DNA of 63,666 nt, counting the filler, from Basidioascus undulatus (taxonomy: Eukaryota): the NCBI GenBank assembly GCA_000826855.1. It is 8 parts of 8 records of this genome, joined end to end, with 100 filler letters (N's around TTAATTAATTAA, not from the genome) between each part and the next. Parts side by side here need not be neighbours in the genome. Positions count along the whole stretch, not along the records: positions 15,974 to 23,857 come from JTLS01001473.1; positions 23,958 to 31,835 come from JTLS01001474.1; positions 31,936 to 39,782 come from JTLS01001475.1; 5 more parts are not named here. One strand, given 5' to 3'. The notes beneath the pieces were generated by a model. It worked only from the letters and a program-made list of their open reading frames with translations, did no database searches and had not been told where the DNA came from. The translations under genes and the position numbers were made by a program. How positions within the stretch are numbered: position 1 is the first letter of the stretch; every line of letters begins with the position of its first letter. This document shows, piece by piece, positions 21,188 to 32,648 of the stretch.

Positions 21188-23857
21188 TCACATAACCTGC
21201 TGGCTGCCGACGTTGCCCATCCAGATCCGCGTTTTAAGTTGCCTAGTTGAAATAGAGCAGAAGAAGAGGTCAGTAGACGGGCGGGACTTGACGCAGTTGG
21301 GGCGAGGCGAAAGCGACGAACCTGAACAGCTCGCGGACGAGCTCGCGGAAGTCGATCCGCTGCTCCGCGATAAAGTAGAACGTGATCTTGCGTCGGTCCC
21401 TGCACGCCCGCCACCGGGAAGCAACACGCGATGAGCAAATCTAGCTGGGTAAAGGGAAAAGGAAAAGTAGGTGCACCATTGGTACTCCGCGTCGATCACC
21501 TCCATCGGTAGCTTCTTTTGTCGGACCTTGGTGATGCACAGCTGCAGTGCCTTGGCCTCGTCCTGCTGCTTGGAGAGAAGCAGTCTGCACGTCCCCGCGT
21601 CCCTAGGCATCAGCGCGAGCCCCAACCCCCAGAACAGCGAAAAGAAAGCAACGCACTGCGTCTCCGCCGCCGTCGCCTTCGAAAAGATCCGCTTAGGCTG
21701 GAGCTCCTTCGTGAGCCCTCGGATCGCGGCAGGGCTAATGCCGCTCGGGGACGCGCTGTCCGGCGCGGCCGGGCCCGCGCTGCCGCCGCCGCTCATGGTC
21801 GCGAGGAGGGCGAGCTCGGCCTGGTGCTTCTGGAACGCCTGGACCTCGCCGAGCGTGATGCTATCGTTGATGATCTTGCCCAGGTCCTTGCCCCGGTCCG
21901 CCTCGACGATGACGAGGTCACCCGTCTGCAGGGGGACCGACGGGTCGGCCGCGTAGAAGAGGTCCGTCCTGCGATGCAAGGGAACAGTTCGTCAGTTCGA
22001 GTCGAACGGATATGGGAGGGGGAAGGAGGAAGGAACGTACCGGCCAGCTTTGAACTCGACAATGTAGAGCGGGCAGGAAGCGGGGACGGAGGAGAGGGGC
22101 ACGCCGCGGCCGAGCTCGGCGAGGTTGGGCGCGAGCGCGGCGGGTGCGCTGGGCGGGCTGGAAGGTCCGAACGCGCGGGGCTGCGTGGGCGCTTGGGGCG
22201 GCGGAGGCGCCGGGAAGGGTCTAGCGCCTGGGGCGGCGAAGTTGAACGAGCCAGCAGAGGGGGAGGGGGGCATGGGCGTGCCGGCTGAGACGGAGGGAGT
22301 GCGCCCGAACGCGCGCTGCTGCTGCTGGGACGACTGCTGCTCGAGGCCGAGACCGACGACGGGCGGGGAGGGCAGCGGGATGGAAGGGAGGCGCGAGTGC
22401 AGGCCCCTGTCGCTCGGGCTGGGCGCGAAAGGCGAGGACGAGGTGCCGTACACGCCTCCTCCCGGGCTGCCGTTCGCCCCGCTCGAGAAGTCGAACCGGC
22501 TCCCTCGGCGCTCGATCGTCCGGTCGCCCGGGCTGCCTTGGGGAAGGCCGATCGGGCCGTGCGCGGGAGAAGGACCAGGCGAGGGCGCGTCGTACTCTCC
22601 GCCGTAGGACGCTGCGCGGGAGCCAGCAAACGCAGCGAAGGGGTCGGCGGGGCGCGGAGAGGAGCCGACGGGCGCGGCGCGGCGGTAGGGCGGGTCGTGC
22701 GCGTATATGGGGACGGAGGAGGGGTGAGAGAGCTCGGCGTGCTGCTGGGGCGGGGAGAAGGAGAGCGAGTTCGCGAGCGTGGACGCGAGATCATCGTCGT
22801 GGATCGCGGAGTTGCCGCCGCCGAAGAGGTTGCGGCGTCCGCCGGCGTACGACGGCCGTCGCTGCGGCTGGGCGGGCTGGTGCAGATGCGAGTCCCCGAC
22901 CGCCGCGAGCGCGAAGCCGCCCGAGCCGACTGCCGCCGAGCGGGGTGGGACGACCGAGAGGCTGTGCCGCCTGCTGCCCGGGGCGGAATCGTCCTCCTGC
23001 TGCCCGTACGCGAACGCGCGCCGCGACGGCGTGCCCCAGACGTACTCGTCCCCCTCGGCCTCGCCGCCCTCCTTCGCGCCGTTCCACCCCGCGGGCTCGT
23101 CAAACAGCGCGCGCCCGCCGTCCCGCAGGAACGGGCTCATGTTGCTGTACGCGATCCCGCCCGGCGTGGGGAGGAGGTTGAGGTCCGCGAGGCGCGACGG
23201 GCTCAGCATCCCCTCGTAGCGGCTCAGGAGCCGCGACGTCGGGTTCGCGTTTACGCCGACCCCTGCCCGGTTCGGATTGTTTGGATCCGGAGTCCAGAAC
23301 GGGCTCGTACCAGGCGGAGGCTGAGGTCGGAACGTCGCGGCGATGGACTGCGAGCGCGAGCGGCTGCCGATGGGCGGACGGGGGTACGCCTCGAGCCCGG
23401 CCGTCTCGTCCTCCTCGCCTTCGTCCGCAAACGTGGTCGGGAACTGCGCGCCCCGCCCCGGTGCAGAGGAAGCAGCGAAGAGCTCCTCGTGCATGGTCGG
23501 CAGGCCGAGATGCCGGGACGAGTCGGTACGCGAGTGGAGCTGCGGCCGCTCGGCGAAGCTGAAGCTCGCGCTGCGGCTGACGGTGCCGGGCCCGCCTCCG
23601 CCGCCACCGCCGTTCCACAGGCCCGAGGTGGACGTGGGCGGCGTGCCCGGACCCCAGTTGAGGCCCAGGCCGGACTCGAACGCGGTGTTCTGCTCCATGC
23701 GGGCCGCGATGGACGGCGGCTGGGAGGACGCGCGCGAGTGGATCTCGGGCGCGGTCATGGTGCGCTGGAAGCGGGGGACGCGCTCGGCGGTGGTGGGAGA
23801 GGGGGAGGATTCGGAGGGTTTGGAGGAGGTGGTCGGGAGGGGCAGTCCGGGCGTTCC
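21188..23857 (-). CDS. PSP1 C-terminal domain protein (long low-complexity N-terminus, 5'-truncated at contig end)
   Basis: LYIVEFKAGRTDLFY, GDLVIVEADRGKDLG, LPMEVIDAEYQWDRRKITFYF, RIDFRELVRELFR and KTRIWM across four GT-AG introns. Confidence 0.92.
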
Positions 23858-23957
23858 NNNNNNNNNNNNNNNNNNNNNNNNNNNNNNNNNNNNNNNNNNN
23901 NTTAATTAATTAANNNNNNNNNNNNNNNNNNNNNNNNNNNNNNNNNNNNNNNNNNNN
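23858..23957. other. Artificial contig spacer
   Basis: N44-TTAATTAATTAA-N44. Confidence 0.99.
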
Positions 23958-23964
23958 TGACACA

Positions 23965-24025
23965 CTCTCGCCCTCCCCTGTCACATTCTCACCCGAGACC
24001 CTCTCACCCTCCCCTGTCACATTCT
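23965..24025. repeat. 25-nt direct repeat, two copies
   Basis: CTCTC(G/A)CCCTCCCCTGTCACATTCT at 23965 and 24001. Confidence 0.85.
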
Positions 24026-24269
24026 GCGGCTTGCCCTTCGCAGCCGCGGTTACCTCTCAGCGATGCAACGCTTCCGTTAGCTATAAAAACCCCCACGTAC
24101 CCTCTACATGTTCTCCATCTGGTCTTGCCTTCTTGTTTCCACATTAACGTAGTCCCTGCTCTAACCTTACTCGTCTCGTAATCAACCATTGCCCTCACAA
24201 GCCCCGGGTAGCCCCCGTTGCGGTCTGTTTCACTCTGCCGGATCTTGACAAAAGACCAGCGCCCTCCCC

Positions 24270-25435
24270 TCCACACAGACTCGATTGGATTACAAGGTAG
24301 CGAGCTCCCTTGTCCGCATGCTCACCCTCCCCCTGCAGAACCCTGTCAAGTTGGCTGTTCAGACAGCACTAAGGTGCAAAGGTAAAAGGCATGCCACAAA
24401 TGACAGCTCTCCTTTGCAAAGCTCGCACTCCCAACTAACCTTCAACAGATCCTCCCGGTCATTCTCCTTCCATGGTGGGAGCCCTTGCATGGTACGGAAA
24501 TGGCTGCTGACAAGGGAAGAGGCAATCAAGAACCACAACATCCTTCTCCGTTGCACACAATGCCTGGACACTGTGCACACTTACTCTGATGGCTCCCTCC
24601 TGCTGGGTAAGGGCATGGGAGCTGCTGCTTTCCTTCCCCACAGCAGTCATACTTCGCAGCTCCATCTTGGCTCTGAAAGGAGCATGCGGTATACGAAGCG
24701 CAACTGGTGGGGGTGAAACCAGCAGTGGAACAACTCACCGCCCTCTCCCGCTGAGCACATCACTGATCCACATGTTCTACATCCACCTCGACAAATAAGC
24801 GGCAATCAAGGCTCTCCGTGTCCGCCCCTCAAGAGCCTCCGGGCAGTTCATCAAGGTCGAGATCCACAAGGTGATCAAGACGCTTCGCAAGATCCACCCT
24901 GGCTCCCGTCTGACCATAACCTGGGTCCTGGGGGACAAAGGCATGAAAGGTAATGAGACCATGGATCAGCTCGCTAAAGACGCTGCATGCTCCCCGGACA
25001 TTGCTCCCCCACAGATGTGCTACCGGCAAGCATGTCAGTGATGCGTGCCAGGCTTTGTAAGATACCATCCCCCCCTCGTCCCCTGCGCTTTGCCCCCCAT
25101 TCCATGCATGCATGCATACGTCACCGCGCGACTCCAGAGAAGATGCTGAAGATGCTGTCCACCCTCCCAAGGGTGCATGCGTCCCTGATCTTCCAGCTTT
25201 GCAGCAGGCACATCTCACTCCATGACTATCTTCACAGGTTCAAGCACTCGCCATCATCAAATTGCAGGGTATGTCGGTACCCTAAGTCTGTTGATCATTA
25301 CCTCGCAGATGCAAGCTTTACAGGCAAGAGCAATGGACACTTCAGCAAGAGCTTTGCAAGATCAAGATCCCCTTGAAAACCAACACATCCTCTCATCAGC
25401 CAAGGTGCTACCGGCTGTTATCTGCTACATTTAGA
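24270..25435 (+). mobile_element. Degenerate Tad1-like non-LTR retrotransposon, 3' part of ORF2 (RNase H plus C-terminal zinc knuckle)
   Basis: HTYSDGS...GAAAF, YEAQL, LDK*AAIKAL and LTITWVLGDKGMKGNETMDQLAKDAA (RNase H). HISLHDYLHRFK...SSNCRVCRYPKSVDHYL (zinc knuckle). Contains stops and frameshifts. Confidence 0.85.
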
Positions 25436-26559
25436 CATCACGCCGCTTTCCCCTTCCCCCAGGTCAATGCTGCAGAGCATTGAACCTTCCCCCGCCTCCC
25501 CCTCTCCCCACGCAGGCCCCACATGGCTCAGCGTGCCACTAAAGGCACCCACCCATGTCCCGGGGACGACACCAAACTCCGTCCCACCATGGGCCAGCAA
25601 TACCTGGCTCTCCATGCATGCCTCGCATTACAGCCACACCTGGCCCAGTGTTCAGGGGCCCGCCCTGGCAGGGTGTTAAACCTGCCCACCCTGAGCAAGG
25701 TGTCAAACTGCTCGCACACACCTCAGGCTGGCGTCGTAGCCCATGTCGCATGGTCCTGTGGGTTAAGTGAACCCGCCTCAGCAGGTGTTAAACATGTCCG
25801 CCCGCGATAAGGCCTTTAAACTGTCGACTATGTTCCCATGCTCCCCTGGGCCCACTCACAGCCCATCATGTGAGCTCGACTGGAAACGAGCCTCGCCTGG
25901 GAAGGTGTTAATCCCCCCTCCAGGACAGTGTTAAACTCCCTCCCACTCTTCCTTATTTTCCCACCCCTCCCTCTACGCACTCTGCTTTCCCCACCCCCCC
26001 ACACTCACACCATCAAGCCATGCCTTGCACACGCAATGCCGAGTTGCCACAGTTCCCCCCCACTCGGAGCCCCAAACACTTCCTTGAGCCAGCGCTGCCC
26101 AGCTTGACCATCCGGAGCGCTGCACTCTCGCTCGTAGCATGGCTTTGACAACCTGGTTGTCGCGCAGACACCCCTCAACCAGCTGGAACTGTGCACTTGT
26201 GCCGTGCTGAATGCAGGCCTCTGGCCGCAATGATGTCCTTTCTTTCGCCTTGCAGCAGTTCTTTCTCCAACCTCCACCCTTGTATGGGCCTGATGATATC
26301 CCCACCAACTCTTATGACCGCACCCCCTGATGCGGTATGCTCCATGCCTCATGTTCTATGCAGCCATGCCCTCCCCACTGCCTTTCACTGTCACCCTATG
26401 CCCCCATGCCCCATGTTGTATGACACCTGGATTAGCCCCAAAACCCCAGAACCCCCAGACAGTTAGAGTAGCATATGCCTGAACAAACTGGATTGCAAAC
26501 AAACTACTGAGGCCAGGCTGTTAATGACATCTTTGCCAACATCCTTGACTACACCTTTG

Positions 26560-27150
26560 GATTCACTGGTGGGCACACTTACTTACACTGCTACAAGGAC
26601 ACACATCTTTACAAAGAGTATAAGACACTCCTTGCATTCTGCAAGCTGAGAACGAGTCGCGCAACAATGGTGACTACGACTTCTACCTCTCGTGGATCTG
26701 CATTGCCTCTGAGCACATGTTTGGCTTCCTCAAAGGGAGCTTCACTTCTCTGAAGGAGTTGTGGATCAAGATTTGCAACCAGGTAAGCACCGCAATTACA
26801 GGCTCTGAGTGGTACTGACACTCTTGCCTCTTCTAGTGTGATTTCCAGTTTGGGATGTTGTGGGTGCATGCTTGCATCACACTGCACATAGTCACAAAGC
26901 AGAACAAAGGCAACGACTACGAGTGCGACAAGATCTTTGAGCAAGGGTGCAAGTGTGAGGAGGAGCTGCGGAAAGAGGAGCAGTGCCAGCAGCACAGTCA
27001 GGGGTCGAGGAGCACTTGCAGGGTGGGAGGTATGGTTGGGGTGGCCGTGATGAGGAGCTGCACAGGGGAAGGCATTCCAGGGAGGTTTGAAGGGTCTGTT
27101 GTTTTCACAGCTTGGGGAGGACAGGTAGATTAGCAGGGAGATGGAAAAGG
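26560..27150 (+). mobile_element. Degenerate PIF/Harbinger transposase (DDE_Tnp_4 C-terminal part)
   Basis: YDFYLSWICIASEHMFGFLKGSFTSLKELWIKI, an intron, then WVHACITLH. This matches the Harbinger pattern N..LS..RI..EH.FG.LKGRF..L and ACI.LHN. Confidence 0.8.
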
Positions 27151-27249
27151 CTTCCGTGCCGAGAGTCCAGTGCACACAGGGTTTTGTATGCGCTTCGTGC
27201 TTCCTCTTGTACACACAGCAGAGTTAGACTGGCCAACAGGCATATATCC

Positions 27250-28750
27250 ATTCGGAAACTTGTCCTATACTGCACCTGTACCCTGTTCCCAGCCTGACGC
27301 AGAGCCAGCTCAGCTTCGCAAGCAAGCCACTGCCACACAGCTCAGTGACCTCAAGCTCCTTCTTACACAGCTGGAACTGGCACTCCCCATCCACATCTGC
27401 ATGATCCTGTTCGCGGTGGAGCTTCTCAGTGCGAAGTTTGTGAAGCTGGTTGTTGGCCTTGTGCTTCATTGCCTCTGTCTTGCTGAGGACCTTGCCGAAG
27501 ACACTGGCAATTGACTGCTTGCAGCTCTGGAAAGTAGATTTCTTGACTGTCGAAACCTGCATTTTTATGAGGAGCTACAAGAAAAATGGGAAATGAAAGA
27601 GTAACACCGATGCTTGGAGCCATCCGCACCCCGTGGGATCTGGGTGCAGGCCAGTGTAGATGTGCTTGCCTGCTGCGACTCTGCAAACCCACACAACATG
27701 GAGTGTCAGATCTGAAGGAAGGAGGGAAATAAGGACAGATACTAGCACAGCTACTCATGCAGCAGGCATGCTCTGCTCTCGATGGATGGCCTCAACCATG
27801 GACTCCCCAAAGTCTGAGTGCAATGGCAAAGGGAGAGTCATTGAGTGCTGGGATCATGATGGAGAAGCGGCTGCATAGCACTGGTTGCAAGCATGGATGC
27901 AACACTGGCCAGCTCCACACTCTGTGACACACAAAGCTCAAGCTGCTGCTGCCGCTCATGCAGTGAGAGCTGCTCAGGTGGCATAATTGCATACCCCTTC
28001 CATGACCTGCAAAAACAACATGTTAGTAAGACGCGAATGTAAATGAAGGGCTAAATATATGAGTGCAGACACAAAGTAGAGAGATTGAGCAGCATAGTGC
28101 TGTTGGCGGTATACTCTTTGCCATGTTCAGGTGCAAAGAGATGAGGTTGCAGAGCTCAATGCTTCTGCAGAGTACCCTCTGGATGGAGCGTCATAAGCGC
28201 TTCATCCAATAATAAAAGAGCATACTTACCCCAGATGTTCAGAGCCTTCAATCCTTGTGAGCTCTTCAAATCCGGCTAGACCTGCTCCCATCTCCCCAAC
28301 AATCTTTGGCATCTCAGTGTACACCTCATAGAACTTGCTGAAAAGATCCGAAAGCTCCTCAGTGAATAGGCACCACAATTAGAAAGAAATGAGACTCACA
28401 GACACTTGTTGACCACTGCTGCACAGTACCATTTCTTATCCTTCAGGAATGGCTCCGACAGGTCCATGTCCTTCAAGAGATGCTCGGCAGCCTCCACTCC
28501 AGCATCACACATGCCCTTACCCATGCAGGACTCGCCCAGGTGGGTCTCGAACGGCTTGCAGCTTGGATGCTCGCCAAAGATGTTGATCATTGCCCACTCA
28601 TACTTGTGGCTATTGAGCTTCCACCTGTAGATGCGGAATATTATATTGAGCACACAACTAAGCATAGCTACATAAGAGTCCAGAAAGCGATACGGATTGC
28701 TGGGTTTTTTGCTGGGTGCGCAAGACATGCTCCGAGAGTGTGTGAGATGT
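27250..28750 (-). mobile_element. Degenerate convergent second ORF, probably the Harbinger DNA-binding partner protein
   Basis: Spliced, CpG-depleted coding relic with a coiled-coil C-terminus (AMKHKANNQLHKLRTEKLHREQ...KKELEV). It lies tail-to-tail with the transposase, as in two-ORF Harbingers. Confidence 0.45.
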
Positions 28751-28920
28751 GAAGATGACATACGTTGGACGAAGAAAGACGGCTCGAACCGCGAGGCGCG
28801 AGCTGTGCGAAGCGCCGCTTGGGGCACTTTTCAGTTAGTGCACTTCACACGGTTCACAAGCCGTTTCCTTCCTACGGCTTCTGAAGTGTACAAAGCGCAC
28901 ACTCTGACCTCCCCTATTGC

Positions 28921-28996
28921 GTCCAACATGTCGTCCAACAAGTCAGCCAGCCGGTCAACATGTCATCCAACATGCCATACAGCTGTCCAACATGTC
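28921..28996. repeat. Cluster of five TCCAACATGTC-like repeats (possible subterminal repeats)
   Basis: GTCCAACATGTC, GTCCAACAAGTC, GTCAACATGTC, ATCCAACATGCC, GTCCAACATGTC. Confidence 0.7.
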
Positions 28997-29962
28997 AGGA
29001 GGCTGTTAAACAAATCCCATATATTTAATTTTTTTGGTGTGTTGTGTATCCACTGGTTCTATTCTCTCCAGCATCCATGCTACTTTTCATACTTCAAGTG
29101 CAGCTGGTAGCGCTGTTGCCTGCGATTGCCAGGAATTGCAACGTATGCAGCTGTCAAGTAACTACCTAGTATGTACCGCTGCTCTGCCTCTGCTTGCATG
29201 CTACCTTGTTCATCAACTCCCTCAATTCCGCGGAGAACTTTTCCTTCGCTTGACAGCACCCCCACCGCCTCCAGCTCCAGTAAAACCGGAAACAGCGTTC
29301 GCGATGGCTGTGCGGAAAGCGGTGACTCGCTCGCGCAGGCATATTGCTCGGCACTTCCGGCGGAGGCGGTGCGTGCGCGGCTTTCTGAACTCCGGCCGTT
29401 CGTGGAGGAACACGAATGGTTCTCAACCTGCGTGCAGCGGTTTCCTCTTTCTTCGGATCTTTCGTTTGCTTGCCAATCGCGGGCCGTCACGGAGAGACGG
29501 GGGTTGATCAGCTGTGGACGCAGATCACGGTGGTATTTTTTGGGAGGAGGAGGAGGAGATGGGGGCAGAAGAAATGCGATTGAGCACGGCGAGCGGGGTC
29601 GGTGCGATAAAACACCGTGATTGGTATCGTTGGACCCTGGGATAGGTATTTGGGCTAGTAGGATCACTTATCGACGCACTTGGCTAAGGTCGTAATCTCG
29701 CCCGAGATTCATTCGCCCCTTCTTGGCTTGCCTGCCTACCGCGTTTCCACGTTTATTCAGGCAGCATGTGTGTCGCATGCAGCCGATTGACGGCTGGTGA
29801 CGATAGCTTCACAGCCCTCTTTTCTTTTCCTTTTCTCGACACTTGACCATCATCGTCACCATCATCAATCAGTCCATCCTTGACGACCGTAACGGCACCG
29901 GCGCTATCAAGCGCCCTCTCCCCTCCTCGCTATCGCCCCCGTACCAGCCGGCGCATACGAGG

Positions 29963-31835
29963 ATGGCCGCCCCCGGCCCGTCCCAGCTGCCGGGCACAGC
30001 AGCAGCAGCGATCGCAGCCGTCGGCGGCGGCGGCAGCGCGGACGCGCCGAACGTGCTCAAGCGCGGGTCCGCCTGCTTGTGCTGCAGGAAACGCAAGCTC
30101 GTTAGTCCACTCTCCACTCCTGGTGCGCGGGTCGGCGGCGGGGGGCTCATAGGATGAGTTGGGCGGGACAGAAATGCGACGCGGTGCACCCGACGTGCAA
30201 GCACTGCGCGAAGTCGGGCACGACGTGCGTGTACGACGAGCCTCGCCGGAAAGGCCGCGTCGCGCAGCTGGAGGATAGGATCTGTACGTATACGCCTTCT
30301 CCCCCCTTCATCCCCGCACCCCCGCACACCCGAGACTGAGTGACACGGGCTTGGAGCCAACAGTGGAGCTCCAAAAGGCGCTTGAGCAGGCTCGCCTCAA
30401 CAAGGCCGCGCAGCAGGCGGCGGCGCAGCAGGCCGCCCAGCAGCAGCAGCAGCCGGGAGGCGGCGCGCTGGGCGTGGGGGAGGGGACGCGCACGCAGGGC
30501 GCGCTGGGCGCGTTCGGACCGGCGGCGGTCGCGGGGCTCGATATGGCGCGTGAGTCGGGTCGCTAGATTTCTCCAATTTGCGTGGGATGGGGAGCAGACA
30601 GCTGATCTCGTCCGACACAGCCCTCCCCGTGAACCCCCTCGCGAACCTCCCTCCCCTCCCGCCCCTCCCGGGCGGGCCCTCCTCCGCCTTTCCCGCAGCG
30701 CCGGCCGCCGCCGCCTACCGTCCGCTGCCGTTCGCGTTCTCCTCCACCGGGAGCGGTGCGAGCTCCTCCGACTCCCCACCCTTCGGAACCTCCTCCTCCT
30801 CCATCTTCGACGTCTCCCCCTCCCAGCAGCCTGGCACGTTCTCCCACACCTCCTCCTTCTCCGGGCCGTCCTCCAGCCCCTTCCCCGACGCCTTCCCACC
30901 ACCCCCAGCGATCAGCACACCGTACCTCCCCGGCCCCGAGCCAGCGATGTCCTACCCGCCCGCCATAACGATCATCGACAACCTCCTCCCGCCCGCCTCC
31001 GGCCCGCCGCTCGACCCGCAGCCGATCCTCGACCAGCTCCTCGCGCAGGCGGGGCAGGCCGTCCCGGACTTCTCGGGGGGCGGGAGCGCGCTCCCGCCTG
31101 ATTTCGAGGTCCTCATGGGCGAGGGGACGGACTTTGGTATGGACATTGCCGGGGCGATGGGGTTCGACCACCTTGTGGGCAATCCGGGCGCGTACGACAT
31201 GAGCATCAAGACGGACTTGTTTGGGGACGACGTGCCGCCGGATGTCGCACAGCATCTGTGGGTCTTCTTCCTCCCCCTCCCCCTCCTCCTCCACCTTTTC
31301 CTATCCCTCCTATTCCCCCTTCTTCTTTCCCCAACGTCTGTTCCTCGGTTCACTGACCTCGCCAACCCGCCCAGCTTTGACCTCTTCTTCGAGCGCTTCT
31401 CGCTCTCCGCGATCCTGCACGCCCCCACCTTCTACGCCTCCCTGCACGCGCCGCTGTCCTCCACGGAGCGGCCGCACCCGTGCCTCCTCTTCGCGATCTA
31501 CACGTCCGTCGCGCGCCTCAGCCCGGACCACACCGTCGCGCTCCTCGCGGAGCACTTTCTCATCCGCGCACGCGCGCACTTGAGCGAGGCGATCGCGAAG
31601 GTCGATAGGGTGCTCCATGCGCTGCAGGCTTGCTTGATCCTTTCGGTGAGTGGATTTCGTCTGCGTGGGGAGAGGAGGGGGAGGTGAGGTGTTGATAGTG
31701 GGATGGGGACAGGTAAACGCCTACGGCCAAGCGCAGATCTCCTCGGCGTGGACCTTCTCCGGCATCGGTGCGCCTCCCCCTCCCCATCCTATCTTCCTCC
31801 CCGCTCCCCCCCAACCCCACACACAGGGACGAAGC
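29963..31835 (+). CDS. Zn(II)2Cys6 transcription factor with a fungal-specific TF domain (3'-truncated)
   Basis: ACLCCRKRKL|KCDAVHPTCKHCAKSGTTCVY binuclear cluster split by an intron. Later LFDLFF...LHAPTFYASL...RPHPCLLFAIY...LHALQACLILS. Confidence 0.92.
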
Positions 31836-31935
31836 NNNNNNNNNNNNNNNNNNNNNNNNNNNNNNNNNNNNNNNNNNNNTTAATTAATTAANNNNNNNNN
31901 NNNNNNNNNNNNNNNNNNNNNNNNNNNNNNNNNNN
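31836..31935. other. Artificial contig spacer
   Basis: N44-TTAATTAATTAA-N44. Confidence 0.99.
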
Positions 31936-32648
31936 GCAGCTATTCCCCGCACCGCACCCGCACCCGACCCATCCACAACAACGCCACACCGCACCGCATC
32001 ATTCCCCCTTCAATTACCACCATGGACTCCGCACCCTTTGTCCTCCCCGCCCGCACCACCTCCCTTCCCATCCACCCGAGTATGAAACGGACCCCAACCG
32101 CCTAGACAACATCAAAGCCAACTGAGACTTTCTTTGGCCTTTCTTTAACTTCCTCGCATTCCACCGGTTTTAAACATAAAAAATTGTCTGCCTGGAGCTC
32201 GCTCGTGCGATGAAGACCTCATCGGACTCGTTCTTCAGGTGCTCGCCAACCCAGCGTTCTTCGCCATCGTCGCCGTCGCCTGCACCCCGGAAGACGTCTT
32301 AGAGATTGGGCGGAATATGAAGCTGGTCTCAGATGAGTTTTTCGGGCCGGCGGGAGGTTGCAGTTGAACTGATATTTCGCATGAAATTGTCTTTGAAAGC
32401 ACTCGACGACATCGCAGCCTTGTTGATTGCTTAAAGTTGAGTTCGCTCTGCACCCTGGTGGATGAGGGTTTTCCCTAATTTAATGAAATTGTCTCCACTG
32501 CAGGAGGAACAAGTATTTCACGGTCAATTGAGAGGTGGACGCTCGTAAGCATGCTTACGTGTAATCAGATCTCTTCTTGCCATGTCGCGTCCCGCCTTCT
32601 CCGCGGGTTCTCTCCGTCTTCTCCGCGTCTTCTCTCCTTTCCACCGTC

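Noticed and set aside
22397..23905. Long plus-strand ORF (502 aa) and other overlapping ORFs
   Set aside because: Antisense or alternative-frame shadows of the GC-rich PSP1 exon, with Arg/Gly/Pro-rich non-protein-like composition.
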